Below are positions 48,331-59,368 of a DNA stretch of 64,000 bases, one piece after another. The DNA comes from Selaginella moellendorffii. Taxonomy: Eukaryota; Plantae; Lycopodiophyta. A program made the translations under genes and the position numbers. A model generated the notes under the pieces. That model worked only from the letters and a program-made list of their open reading frames with translations. It did not search any database and was not told the DNA's origin. Each line of letters begins with the position of its first letter. Position 1 is the first letter of the stretch. Location: assembly GCF_000143415.4 (NCBI RefSeq), contig NW_003314276.1, positions 2,573,693 through 2,637,692 on the forward strand, written 5' to 3'.

Positions 48331-49900
48331 CTAGCACACCGCCACCACTGTTGATGCTTCCTGCCGAACCGAGACTTCGCGATTCTTGAGTGCTTGTCTG
48401 AGCATTTTGTGAAGCTGAATGTTTGTTAGTTCCGCTACCTCAACCTGGAAAAATCGGTCAAAATCAAGCGTGAAGATGATAGAATCTAGAGTGAAGAACA
48501 CTCACCTTGTTCTTCCAAGTCTTGACCTCTTTGGACAACTCGTCGTTGTTATGTCTACAACGCATGTAGTCGAGAGCTGTGGGACGAGGAGGCCCATCTT
48601 CTTCTTGCATATGCGCTACCACGGATTCGTGAAGCTTGCTCTACGAAAGAGAAGAGAGAACACCAAGGATAAGTTAGGCTGGAATAAGTTTGAGCTAGAT
48701 TACCTTTTGAAAGGTCTCTGTTCTGATGTTGTCTCGTAAGCTTTCCAACAAAGGCTGGCGATCTTTGAGGAAACATTTGATGTTTGTTCCCCGATCCACA
48801 ATGCCACCAAGCTTCCGCCGTGTTGTCTCCAGAGCCTTGGAATTCAGGACATCCGAGTTTGGTGTCAGTCTAGAGATTTTTTTCGAGAGAGATTTTTCTC
48901 ACTCGTACCTTGAGCGTTCTCTTGACCGCGCTCTTGAGGTCCCAGATCTCGTAAGTCCTGTCCCGTATCCTGGCGTGGAGCTGGACGTTTTGGATCTGAA
49001 GCTGATCGAAGTCGATGGCATGTAAGATGTCCTTGAGATCCTTTTTCGTGCTGAACTGGTGCTCGGCTTCCATGATCTCCATATGAAGCAAATCATTCTT
49101 CTCTTGCAATTTGTCTCTCACATTTTGCTTTCTTCGCAGCTTGNNNNNNNNNNNNNNNNNNNNNNNNNNNNNNNNNNNNNNNNNNNNNNNNNNNNNNNNN
49201 NNNNNNNNNNNNNNNNNNNNNNNNNNNNNNNNNNNNNNNNNNNCAGACAAAGAAAAGCCAAGAACAAGCATTACCTCAACACATCTTCGGCATAGATCAC
49301 CTTTCCGGGATTGATCTCTGACAAAAGAATCACCTCCCTGTAGAAGCTGTTCTTCTCCTTCTTCGTTTCCCTCATGCCTCGCTTCACCTCATTGTAAACA
49401 GCACCAAGATCATCGAGGCAGCGATCGTTCTCCGCTCGCAACTTCTCGACTTGATCAGTGAGATGTCCGCATTCTTCATCAGCGATCTCAACTTTCTCCT
49501 CGGTGCTCATGGGAAGCGCCTCGGCTCTTTGCTTGGGTGGCGAGAGCGAAGGTATCTTTGGCGGCGACAAGAATCGTACTGTGGCTCTTGGCACCGGAGG
49601 ACCATCGTGAAAAATCCGGAACGATCGTCTCGAGCTCCGGCGTAGTGCCTCGGCTGCCTCCTGTTCTTCCTTCTCAGTTTCTTCTTCTTCCATCTTTTCC
49701 AGGTGAAGTTGCAAGCTCCCCTTGCGTGTCACAATCCTCTGGAAGAGAGAGGAAAAACTCACGAACAACGAAGCTAGAATCTGGAAAGAACTTACCGATA
49801 GATGTTCCGAGAGTAGCGTATTTTCCATTCGCACTGCCTCTTGCTTCACCTGGAGCGCTTGCAGCTCCTTGTTCCTCTCCATGATCTCGTACTGGTCCAT
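48331..49900 (-). CDS. CCDC113: Coiled-coil ciliary protein CCDC113/CFAP263-like (DUF4201), spans an N gap
   Basis: LHAIDFDQLQIQN motif, LRRKQ, MSTEEKVEIADEE and coiled coils; multi-exon. Confidence 0.75.
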
Positions 49901-50261
49901 GGCGATCTGCCCTAGCGGTCTCCTCGCTGGAAATCCCAGCTTCTTGGATCAATGCCGGCGGCCGGATCCACAAAACCTCATCGAAATACCCTACCGGGCG
50001 ATGATCTCCCAGCTTGTGCGCTTGGATCGAGCTTGAGAAGCTGGAGCTCGCCTCGATCGTGTGGCGAAGATCCAGGGCTCTAGCGCGCCATTAAACTCCC
50101 CTCTGGCGGTTTTACGCGCATCCGCTGGACGAATCTCGAGAAGCCACGTGGACTTCGTCAGCCCTAAGCTGGGCGCCGGCTGAATCGGCCGAAGCCACGT
50201 GTCACTGCCACATGTTTGTGCATTGTGTCCGAAGGAGCGAGCATCGCGTGGGAGTTTAGCT

Positions 50262-50984
50262 ATGGAGGCGATTCTAGGGCTAAGAGCTCCGTCTAGGGCA
50301 ATCGACGTGAAGACCGGGCTTTCTCCGCGCAGGATCGGCAATGCGAGCTCGAGCAGCCTCAAGATTGGCAATACGAGGGTGGGAGGCGTCACAGATCTCC
50401 GCGTTGGCAGAAGCAATGGCAGGAAGAGGAGGATCGATGCGCTGCGATGCAGGGCGGGGCTGGAGGAGATTGCGCCAGCGACGGCGGCGGCGTATGGATT
50501 GACGCTTCTCAGTGGCGGATTCTTTGCCTGTGAGTCTTTGCAATGCGAGCTCTTGCATTTGGCAAGAATATAATTCTTTCTTCTTTGCAGACTCGAGAAC
50601 TGGCAGCAAGGGATCTCTTGTGGGTGGCCTCACTGGCGGCATCGCATTCGCGGTGGTAAGCAAATCTTTCTAGTCATAGCTAGCTCGTCCGGATGATCTA
50701 TAGCTCGCTTATCTCCTTGGATCGTCTTTCAGGCGTATCTTTTGATGCTCAACCCCGACACGAAAGACCTCGCCAATGCCATAGGATTCGGCGTGGCATT
50801 TCTTTTCATCGCAGTTTTTGGTAATCACTCTCTCTTTGCTAGAAAGGACTTACAAATTCTAGATCACACAGGCATTCGTCTGGCAGCAACTCGACAGCCC
50901 ATCCCGTCTGGATTGCTACTAGCAATCAGCATCGCAGCCTCGGTAGTGTTCGTCAATGCCTACTTCAGTGCCCGGCTGCTTTAG
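50262..50984 (+). CDS. TMEM14-family / FAX (fatty acid export)-like plastid membrane protein
   Basis: Transit-peptide-like N-terminus, then AYGLTLLSGGFFAY-SRTGSKGSLVGG and four hydrophobic helices; 3 short introns. Confidence 0.8.
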
Positions 50985-51339
50985 GAGTGCTCCAAGTGTA
51001 ATAAAAATCTAGCCAGCTCGAGAAACAGAGAAGAGAAGCTCTTGGTGGCCATCTCCAGGTAATGAAAGTGAGCTCTCTCTCTCTCTCTCCCCCTCAGGCA
51101 AGACTATTATTCTTTCCTTTTCTTTTCTTTCTAGCCAAAGCTAGCTAGCTTAGCGTTCTCTTGGAGTTTGTCTCTATAGCAATGGCTTGGCAAGATGGCG
51201 CAACCACAAGACATCGCAGCTACTGGTAAGCACATAAGTTCTTGCTAAAGCTTGTAATTTACAAAAATGTATACGTACTATACACAGGCCTATCTGGATC
51301 TATCCGATGGACATCAAGAACACCGAGTATCAAGCTTGC

Positions 51340-53556
51340 TCAAGAACGAGACGAAGAACAAGGCCGCGAAGCAGGACCCGGCATGTCCTTGAGTCGGTCG
51401 TCGGCGAGCTTGTGAAGTATGGACACGGGAGGAACGTAGCCTCTGCCGGTCATCTCCAGGTAATAATAGTGAGCTCTGTCCATCCTGTTTGCTCCGATCA
51501 TCCCATTGAGCAGTGCGTTGTAGGTGACGCGATCGGGCTTCCACCAGCGAGTCATCTCCTGGTACACTGCCTGTCCTTCGTTCACCTTGCCCGACTTGAT
51601 GAGCGCGCTGATGATCGAGTTGTAGGCGTAAGGGTGCGGCATTCCTTCCTTCCTGATGGCGTTGAAAAGCGACACGGCCTCGTCGACCCGGTTCGCCTTG
51701 CAGAGATGGAAGATCAACCTGGTCCGCGTCTGGCTGTTTGCAACACCGCTCCTCTCCATCTCGTGAAAGAGCATGCAGCCACCTTCGAGCTTCCCCGACT
51801 TGCAGAGCCCGTCCACCAAGCTGCTGTAGACGAAGCTGTCCGGAGGTCAGCCTCTCTCCTTCATGTGCTGGAAGTATAGCGAGGCCTTGGTCAGCTGGCG
51901 GCGCTTGCAGAGGCCGGAGATGAGAGCCCCGTAGGTGACAACGTTTGCGGAGCACCGGCTGGAGCTCATGTCGTCCAAGACTCCACAGGCAGCGTCGGTG
52001 TTCCCGGCCTTGCAGAGCCCCGAGATGAGAATGTTGTACGTGTAGACGTCGGGCTTGCATCCGGCCTCGAGCATCTCGTCGAAGAAGGCCCGTGCTGCCT
52101 CAACGTCGCCACTCTTGCAAAGCCCGTCGATGAGGATGTTGTAAGTGATGGTGTCCGGGGTGCAAAACGCCTTCTTCATCTGGGCCAGCATCTCCAGCGC
52201 ACAGTCCATCTTCCTGGCCTTGCACAGGCCGTGGATGAGAGCGCTGTACACCACCTCGTTTGGAGCCAGGCCTCGAGCTTCCATCGACTTGAAGATCCGG
52301 ACTGCCGCTCCAATCCTCCCGGCCTTGGAGAGGCCGTCGATCATGGTGCTGAGAGTTACCACGTCGGGAACGCAGCCGTGGGACGTCATCGTCTTGTAGA
52401 CCGAGGAAGCTTGCGGGATTTTCCCGGTCTGGAGGAGTCCCCGGATGAGAGCAGTGTAGCAGACGGTGTCGAGAGCCAGTCCCCGCGAAGCCATCTCCTT
52501 GAAAAGCTTGTAAGCTTCGAAGGATCGCTTCTCCTTGCCGAGGCCATCAATGAGCGAGGTGTAAGTGACCACGTCCGGCGTGCAGCCATTGTCGACGATC
52601 TTGCGAAGGAGATCAATGGCTTCTTCGAGGCGTCCCATCTTGCAAAGACCATTGAGGAGAGCGTTGTAGGTGGCGATGGTGGGAGTACACCCATTGGCAG
52701 TGATCTTCTCCATCAAAGCCACGGCCTCTTGGATCTTCTTGTTCTTGGCGAGCCAGTTCACAATGGCGGTATAGGTGTGGATGTCGATCGTGCAGCCATT
52801 GGTCGTGGTCTCCTGGGCGAGGGAGTGAGCCTGGATCATCATACCTGCCTTGACGAGGCCATTGATGAGGATCGAGAACGTCGCAGCGCTCACCGGCATG
52901 GATCTCCTCACCGCCTCGAAGTGATCCATCGCCGCGAGGACCTTGCCCGACTTGCACAGGCCGTGGAGGACGAGATTGTGGGTCTTGAGCGACGGCGCCA
53001 CGCCGAAATCCTCCTCCATCTCCCTAATAACCGCGAATGCCTCCTCGGGCTCGCGAGCCAGGCAGTAGCCGGTGATGAGGACGTTCCAGGTCTCCACATC
53101 CGGCCGAAATATCGTCGCGAGCTCGTTCTTGAGGAGATTCCCGGCCTCCCTGTGGCGCTTGGTCCTGGCAAACACATCCAGGAGCGCGTTCCCCGTGTGG
53201 ACGCTGTGCTGGAAGCCGAATCGAGGGGAGGAGAGGCACTGGAAGAGCTCCCAGGCGAGATCGGCGTCCTTGAGGCACTGGAAGATCTTCACCACGGCGT
53301 CAGTGGAGATTTCCCGGCGTAGCCTGTCCAGCGCCGCCTCGATCGAATGCCTGGAAGAGGAGGAGGAAGAGTGGAGCATCTGCGCGAAATCCCTGTAGCT
53401 CCAGACGCCCGCATTGGAGGAAGCGGCAAGATCGTTCGCCTCATCCTCGGTGGATTCCTGAGCTACCGGCTGCGTGGCGATCGATCTGGCGCGGCTGGGT
53501 ACCTGTGCAATGCGCGATAGCCGGGCAATGCGCGCGCATCCAAATCTTGCCGCCAT
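51340..53556 (-). CDS. P-class PPR protein, copy 1 (569-aa ORF + in-frame TGA + ~168 further codons)
   Basis: 35-aa repeats (PDVVTYTSLIDGL..) and an organelle-targeting-like N-terminus. Confidence 0.9.
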
Positions 53557-53560
53557 TCAT

Positions 53561-53587
53561 AAACCCTAACCCCTAGGGCTTTAGGGC
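53561..53587. promoter_or_regulatory. Telo-box cluster in 61-bp divergent spacer
   Basis: AAACCCTAACCCCTAGGGCTTTAGGGC between the PPR ATG (53556, -) and the methyltransferase ATG (53618, +). Confidence 0.55.
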
Positions 53588-53617
53588 ATCTTTTGTTATT
53601 CTCTTAGGGCTCATGCG

Positions 53618-54781
53618 ATGGACGAGGACGACGATGGAGGTATTGGATCGCTGTTCCTGGACGAGAAGTAAGCTACTAGGATTAAATCGATTCTATCATC
53701 CATTGCTAGCTACGTTGAGCAGCGCATTTCCATCGGCCATCACGATATTCCTGTGCTCAGCCTACAATGCTCTTCCAGTGAGTGTGTTCTTTCTCTCTCG
53801 GTTCCTCTCTTTCAATGCGATAGCTCGCAGCGGATTACGACCTCACTGGCCAGATAATCTGGCCTGGCACCGAGCTTCTCCTCAATTACATTGTGGATCA
53901 TAGCCAAATTTTTCAAGGAGCTTCGATCATTGAGCTGGGCTCTGGTGTTGGTATGAAGTTCTTCGCATGGTTTTCTCTTCTTTCTTTCTTTCTGTTTTTT
54001 TTTTTAACACTTGTTCTTTTCCATGGTTTGTAGGAGTGACTGGCCTTTTGTGTGGAAGGATTGGCTGCCGCAAAGTCGTCATGACTGATCACAATGACAC
54101 CGTTTTAAAGGCACGAATTTTCATGCATTGTTTCTTAAAACAAGTTTGGGGATCGCTGCTAGATCATGAGGAAAAACGTGGCGCTTCAGCAGGACACGGT
54201 GTTGCTATCGCGTGAGTTCTTTCTCACTGATATATGATATATGAGAGATCTCGTTTGTTTGTTTGTTTTTTTTTTTTTTTTTCCTCATTGCAGGGATTGC
54301 CTGTGAAAAGCTTGAGTGGGGGAATGAAGAACAGCTCTCTCTCATCCTTGACAAGCATCCGGAGGGATTTGACTACATCCTTGGGGCCGACATTTATATC
54401 CTTTTGATGGAAGCTTTTTGACTCCAAGTTTCTCCTTGAACAGATCCTATCACGCTACCAGCAATGCAACATTCCTCCGCTAATGAGGACTGTCAACAAG
54501 CTTTTGCAACACCACCACTGCCGCAAGTTTTTTCTTGCTTACATCTCTCGCATACAAAGGTTATTTGCTTCTTCTTTTGTGTTTTCTTGAATCTTTTCTT
54601 TCTTTTTTTTAGCACTGATCGAGCATTCTTTAACGAGGCGTCTGAGCACAACCTGGAGTTGCGCGAGGTGGAAGTGTCGAGAACCAGCCCAGGTGATGGC
54701 ATTTACAGCGGTGTGATTTACGAAATCATTCTCAAGCGAGATTGTCACAATTGTCGTACCTTTACTGCTCCACATATTTGA
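53618..54781 (+). CDS. Protein lysine methyltransferase (Methyltransf_16 / METTL21-like), copy 1
   Basis: DYDLTGQIIWPG, IIELGSGVGVTG, VVMTDHND, KLEWG, DYILGADICY. Includes one GC-AG and one AT-AC intron. Confidence 0.9.
54396..54453 (+). other. U12-type AT-AC intron
   Basis: Donor ATATCCTT, branch TCCTTGAAC, acceptor CAC; splicing gives GADIC|YQQ. Confidence 0.85.
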
Positions 54782-55293
54782 GAACTCGAAGAGCTTCTCA
54801 ATGGTTTCAAACTCCTCTGGAAACGTTAGCAGTCAACCAGAGAAGATGGTATGCCATAAAGGCTTGGAAACTACACAGCAAACAGTGTTTGCGAAGACTA
54901 TGTTGGTATCTATATGGTATTAGTAAACATAATTGATCTTTTCATTACACATAGTTGATGATCTGAGTTTTGAATCTCCTTTGCCTGCATTTCAAACTAG
55001 TCTTTTGAGCCTTGAATCTCCTTTGCCTAGATTTCAAACTAGTGAAGGATCTATTGCTGAGCAGCAACCTTGTAAAATAAGCTGCCACGAAACATTTTGT
55101 TGTTTTTACCCCTCAAAACTCCAGGATGCACTGTCCTGTTACATTGTGCTTTGCTTGCATTGTCTCATACTCAAGGGAATCGTGCTTTCATGTGCTATAT
55201 TTGTTACGATACTGCGACAGCTTCCCAAATCCCTGCTTGTAATTGCGTTGGTGTACATCGCCGTGACTTAGCTGTAGAGCAGCCGAAATTACA

Positions 55294-57042
55294 ATGAAGA
55301 ATGATACAGCAATACAAGTTGGGGGCTCAGATGGGAACACGGAAGAACATCAAAATCTTAAGAGGAGAGCACAGAGATTGGTGAGTCTGTCAGAGCAAGT
55401 GAAATTTGTGGCTCTAGTATTGTCAGCCCTGGAGAAGGGTGCAACATACATAGGGCAAATAGCATTCGTGGGCGCCACTGTGGTCCTGCTGGGGGGTTAC
55501 GTCTCTCAGCTCAAGCCTTACGATTTCAAGCTCATTTCTGGTCTGCTGCTTTCAGAGGGTGTGCGAGTGTTCTTAGTCAGCAAGAATGTTGATTACTTAG
55601 TAGCCGCTGGGTACCACAAAAGTATCTTTGGAGGGATAGTTTTCTGGGCTTTGGGATGTTATGGCATTTGCTGTTCGAGGCAGTGGTCAAATCATATAAA
55701 GGAGCTGTCAATACATCTGATATTCCATGGGCTCCAAGTGGGTAGTGCAGCTGTAACATTTGGTTTCTCCCTTGCTCGGATCAAGTCAGGAGACTACAAA
55801 CACATCTCGTCGTCGGATGTAGAGGAGGTGGCCAACTTTGTGTTTGGGATCAAGCTGTTCTACATTCTGACTTTGGTGGAGTCATCAGTTTTCTTGGCGG
55901 TCAAACTACTGGGTTGGGACTCCTTCGGGTTGTGGCTGAGAAGTATTGCGGGTAAGGCTGAAGCGCATATACTTGCACACCATGTATGCCCACGTGTGCA
56001 TGAGGCGTTTATGAGAGAGGGATTCAGTAAAGCATTAGGTGTAAATCTTTTCACTTACGTCATCAATTGGTTTTTGGATGAAGAACACCAAAAATGGGAT
56101 GAAGAACACCAAGAACGCAGCTCCCATCACGAGCAGTTACTGGAGCTCCTTTGCTGGAACATACCTCACGAAGCTAGAACCTTTGGAAGTATCAAATGCA
56201 TGATTCAGCTCATTGCTCTCGGAACATCATATCATGAAAAACCAAGGCATACTGCAAACAAGATTCTAGCAAAGGTTGTATTAACACCAGGTCAGTTACA
56301 CAACTTCGTATTAGCGGTGCGAGAATTTGGAATAATTCCTTTGGCGGTTGTGGACTTTGACGTGATCAAATTCCTGGACCGCATTGTCACAGAAGCACCA
56401 GTGGGCTTCCTTCCTCGTGAAGCAGTTTCCAAGCAAGCATCCGAGTATCTAATCAAATCCATTATTGACGGAAGCGACGACGAGATCAAAGCCGAAGCGG
56501 CCTGGACATTCTTAGAGTGGTGGAGCAGTCCGAGTGTTTACCGGAGCTATGCTTTTGATCCTGCAGATATCTTTCACAGGATTTTCATTCATAGGCAGTG
56601 GTCAATATCTAAAAGACAAGTAAGCCATTCCGAGCTCGAAACAGGTTCGGGATATGAATCAGTTACTGGTCCGTTTATAACAGTCTTGAGTAAGAAACAT
56701 CAGAGGTCAGGTATCATGAACAAGTTTTTGAGTAGGGTGGACTTCAGTAAACTCAAGAACAAGCGAAGCACTATCAACCTGTCTGGCATTGTCACTGAGG
56801 TTATTGGTGCCAAGTCAGAGCTAGACGATATTGTAGTTGGGCTGGTGGCTGCTTGGATATGGTTCATGGATGAATCCACTTTCCACAAGGCAATGTCCAA
56901 CTTGAGTGAAGCGGAGCTGGGCATGCTCAAGAGGAGTCCTCGTATTTATGAGGCTATACTGTTATCTGAGAAGGGAGAATGGTTTCACAACAGACACACA
57001 CTATCTTTAGAAGGTAAGGGAGTTTATATAGCTGGTCTCTAG
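55294..57042 (+). CDS. Intronless membrane protein with N-terminal TM block and ARM-like C-terminus (BLE2-like plant family), copy 1
   Basis: 582 aa. LEKGATYIGQIAFVGATVVLLGGY..DF..LLSEGVRVF resembles the recalled LEK..G.L.F.WATVVLLGG..DFW..E..RIF signature of this family. Confidence 0.7.
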   Translation: MKNDTAIQVGGSDGNTEEHQNLKRRAQRLVSLSEQVKFVALVLSALEKGATYIGQIAFVGATVVLLGGYVSQLKPYDFKLISGLLLSEGVRVFLVSKNVDYLVAAGYHKSIFGGIVFWALGCYGICCSRQWSNHIKELSIHLIFHGLQVGSAAVTFGFSLARIKSGDYKHISSSDVEEVANFVFGIKLFYILTLVESSVFLAVKLLGWDSFGLWLRSIAGKAEAHILAHHVCPRVHEAFMREGFSKALGVNLFTYVINWFLDEEHQKWDEEHQERSSHHEQLLELLCWNIPHEARTFGSIKCMIQLIALGTSYHEKPRHTANKILAKVVLTPGQLHNFVLAVREFGIIPLAVVDFDVIKFLDRIVTEAPVGFLPREAVSKQASEYLIKSIIDGSDDEIKAEAAWTFLEWWSSPSVYRSYAFDPADIFHRIFIHRQWSISKRQVSHSELETGSGYESVTGPFITVLSKKHQRSGIMNKFLSRVDFSKLKNKRSTINLSGIVTEVIGAKSELDDIVVGLVAAWIWFMDESTFHKAMSNLSEAELGMLKRSPRIYEAILLSEKGEWFHNRHTLSLEGKGVYIAGL

Positions 57043-57606
57043 CCAGTAACCACCATTTTCTAACACGAAGTTCTTGTAATTCACAAATACAATACGTACT
57101 GTACACAGGCATTGGTACCACATCTGGAGATCGACGTCACAGCCAAGAACACTGAGTATCAAGCTTGCTCCTTCAGTCAGTCGTCAGTATGGACATGGGA
57201 GGAACGTAGCCTCTGCCGGTCATCTCCAGGTAATAAAAGTGAGCTCTGTCCATCCTGTTTGCTGTGATCATCCCATTGAGCAGTGCGTTGTAGGTGACGC
57301 GATCGGGCCTCCACCAGCGAGTCATCTCCTGGTACACGGGTTCACCTTGCCCGACTTGATGAGAGCGCTGATGATCGAGTTGTAGGCGTAAGGGTGCGGC
57401 ATTCCTTCCTTCCTGATGGCGTTGAAAAGCGACACGGCCTCGTCGACCCGGTTCGCTTTGCAGAGATGGAAGATCAGCCTGGTCCGCGTCTGGCTGTTTG
57501 CAACACCGCTCCTCTCCATCTCGTCAAAGAGCATGCAGCCACCTTCGAGCTTCCCCGACTTGCAGAGCCCGTCCACCAAGCTGCTGTAGACGAAGCTGTC
57601 CGGAGG

Positions 57607-59295
57607 TCAGCCTCTCTCCTTCATGTGCTGGAAGTATAGCGAGGCCTTGGTCAGCTGGCGGCGCTTGCAGAGGCCGGAGATGAGAGCCCCGTAGGTGACA
57701 ACGTTTGCGGAGCACCGGCTGGAGCTCATGTCGTCGAAGACTCCACAGGCAGCGTCGGTGTTCCCGGCCTTGCAGAACCCCGAGATGAGAATGTTGTACG
57801 TGTAGACGTCGGGCTTGCATCCGGCCTCGAGCATCTCGTCGAAGAAGGCCCGTGCTGCCTCAACGTCGCCACTCTTGCAAAGCCCGTCGATGAGGATGTT
57901 GTAAGTGATGGTGTCCGGGGTGCAAAACGCCTTCTTCATCTGGGCCAGCATCTCCAGCGCACAGTCCATCTTCCTGGCCTTGCACAGGCCGTGGATGAGA
58001 GCGCTGTACACCACCTCGTTTGGAGCCAGGCCTCGAGCTTCCATCGACTTGAAGATCCGGACTGCCGCTCCAATCCTCCCGGCCTTGGAGAGGCCGTCGA
58101 TCATGGTGCTGAGAGTTACCACGTCGGGAACGCAGCCGTGGGACGTCATCGTCTTGTAGACCGAGGAAGCTTGCGGGATTTTCCCGGTCTGGAGGAGTTC
58201 CCGGATGAGAGCAGTGTAGCAGACGGTGTCGAGAGCCAGTCCCCGCAAAGCCATCTCCTTGAAAAGCTTGTAAGCTTCGAAGGATCGCTTCTCCTTGCCG
58301 AGGCCATCGATGAGCGAGGTGTAAGTGACCACGTCCGGCGTGCAGCCATTGTCGACGATCTTGCGAAGGAGATCAATGGCTTCTTCGAGGCGTCCCATCT
58401 TGCAAAGACCATTGAGGAGAGCGTTGTAGGTGGCGATGGTGGGAGTACACCCATTGGCAGTGATCTTCTCCATCAGAGCCACGGCCTCTTCGATCTTCTT
58501 GTTCTTGGCGAGCCAGTCCACAATGGCGGTGTAGGTGTGGATGTCGATCGTGCAGCCATTGATTGTGGTCTCCTGGGCGAGGGAGTGAGCTTGGATCATC
58601 ATACCTGCCTTGACGAGGCCATTGATGAGGATCGAGAATGTCGCAGCGGTCACCGGCATGGATCTCCTCACCATCTCGAAGTGATCCATCGCCGCGAGGA
58701 CCTGGCCCGACTTGCACAGGCCGTGGAGGACGAGATTGTGGGTCTTGAGCGACGGCGCCACGCCGTAATCCTCCTCCATCTCCCTAATAACCGCGAATGC
58801 CTCCTCGGGCTCGCGAGCCAGGCAGTAGCCGGTGATGAGGACGTTCCAGGTCTCCACATCCGGCCGAAATATCGTCGCGAGCTCGTTCTTGAGGAGATTC
58901 CCGCCCTCCCTGTGGCGCTTGGTCCTGGCAAACACATCCAGGCTGTGCTGGAAGCCGAATCGAGGGGAGGAGAGGCACTGGAAGAGCTCCCAGGCGAGAT
59001 CGGCGTCCTTGAGGCACTGGAAGATCTTCACCACGGCGTCAGTGGAGATTTCCCGGCGTAGCCTGCCCAGCGCCGCCTCGATCGAATGACTGGAAGAGGA
59101 GGAGGAAGAGTGGAGCATCTGCGCGAAATCCCTGTAGCTCCAGACGCCCGCATTGGAGCAAGCGGCAAGATCGTCCGCCTCATCCTCGGTGGATTCCTGA
59201 GCTACCGGCTGCGTGGCGATCGATCTGGCGCGGCTGGGTACCTGGGCAATGCGCGATAGCCGGGCAATGCGCGAGCATCCAAATCTTGCCGCCAT
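57607..59295 (-). CDS. P-class PPR protein, copy 2 (562 aa)
   Basis: Near-identical to copy 1, with a 21-bp in-frame deletion. It has the same TGA, and the downstream tail is frameshifted. Confidence 0.85.
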   Translation of the reverse strand: MAARFGCSRIARLSRIAQVPSRARSIATQPVAQESTEDEADDLAACSNAGVWSYRDFAQMLHSSSSSSSHSIEAALGRLRREISTDAVVKIFQCLKDADLAWELFQCLSSPRFGFQHSLDVFARTKRHREGGNLLKNELATIFRPDVETWNVLITGYCLAREPEEAFAVIREMEEDYGVAPSLKTHNLVLHGLCKSGQVLAAMDHFEMVRRSMPVTAATFSILINGLVKAGMMIQAHSLAQETTINGCTIDIHTYTAIVDWLAKNKKIEEAVALMEKITANGCTPTIATYNALLNGLCKMGRLEEAIDLLRKIVDNGCTPDVVTYTSLIDGLGKEKRSFEAYKLFKEMALRGLALDTVCYTALIRELLQTGKIPQASSVYKTMTSHGCVPDVVTLSTMIDGLSKAGRIGAAVRIFKSMEARGLAPNEVVYSALIHGLCKARKMDCALEMLAQMKKAFCTPDTITYNILIDGLCKSGDVEAARAFFDEMLEAGCKPDVYTYNILISGFCKAGNTDAACGVFDDMSSSRCSANVVTYGALISGLCKRRQLTKASLYFQHMKERG

Positions 59296-59368
59296 TCATA
59301 AACCCTAACCCGTAGGGCTTTAGCGCATCTTTTTTGAGTAACATTCTTATTCTCTTAGGGCTCATGCG

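Noticed and set aside
49144-49243. ORFs crossing N runs (also 62296-62395)
   Set aside because: These are assembly gaps, so frame and length across them are not meaningful.
51847-51849. Selenocysteine codon or U-to-C editing site in the PPR gene
   Set aside because: Land plants lack the Sec machinery, no SECIS was recognised, and U-to-C editing is organellar. Only nonsense or readthrough is retained as plausible.
52231-53322. 363-aa + strand ORF (and 57991-59061, 51314-52060)
   Set aside because: These are antisense or alternative-frame shadows of the GC-rich PPR coding sequence.
54933-55271. 112-aa/126-aa ORFs between the methyltransferase and the membrane ORF
   Set aside because: They start at TTG, show no recognisable motif, and are conserved only because the duplication is recent.
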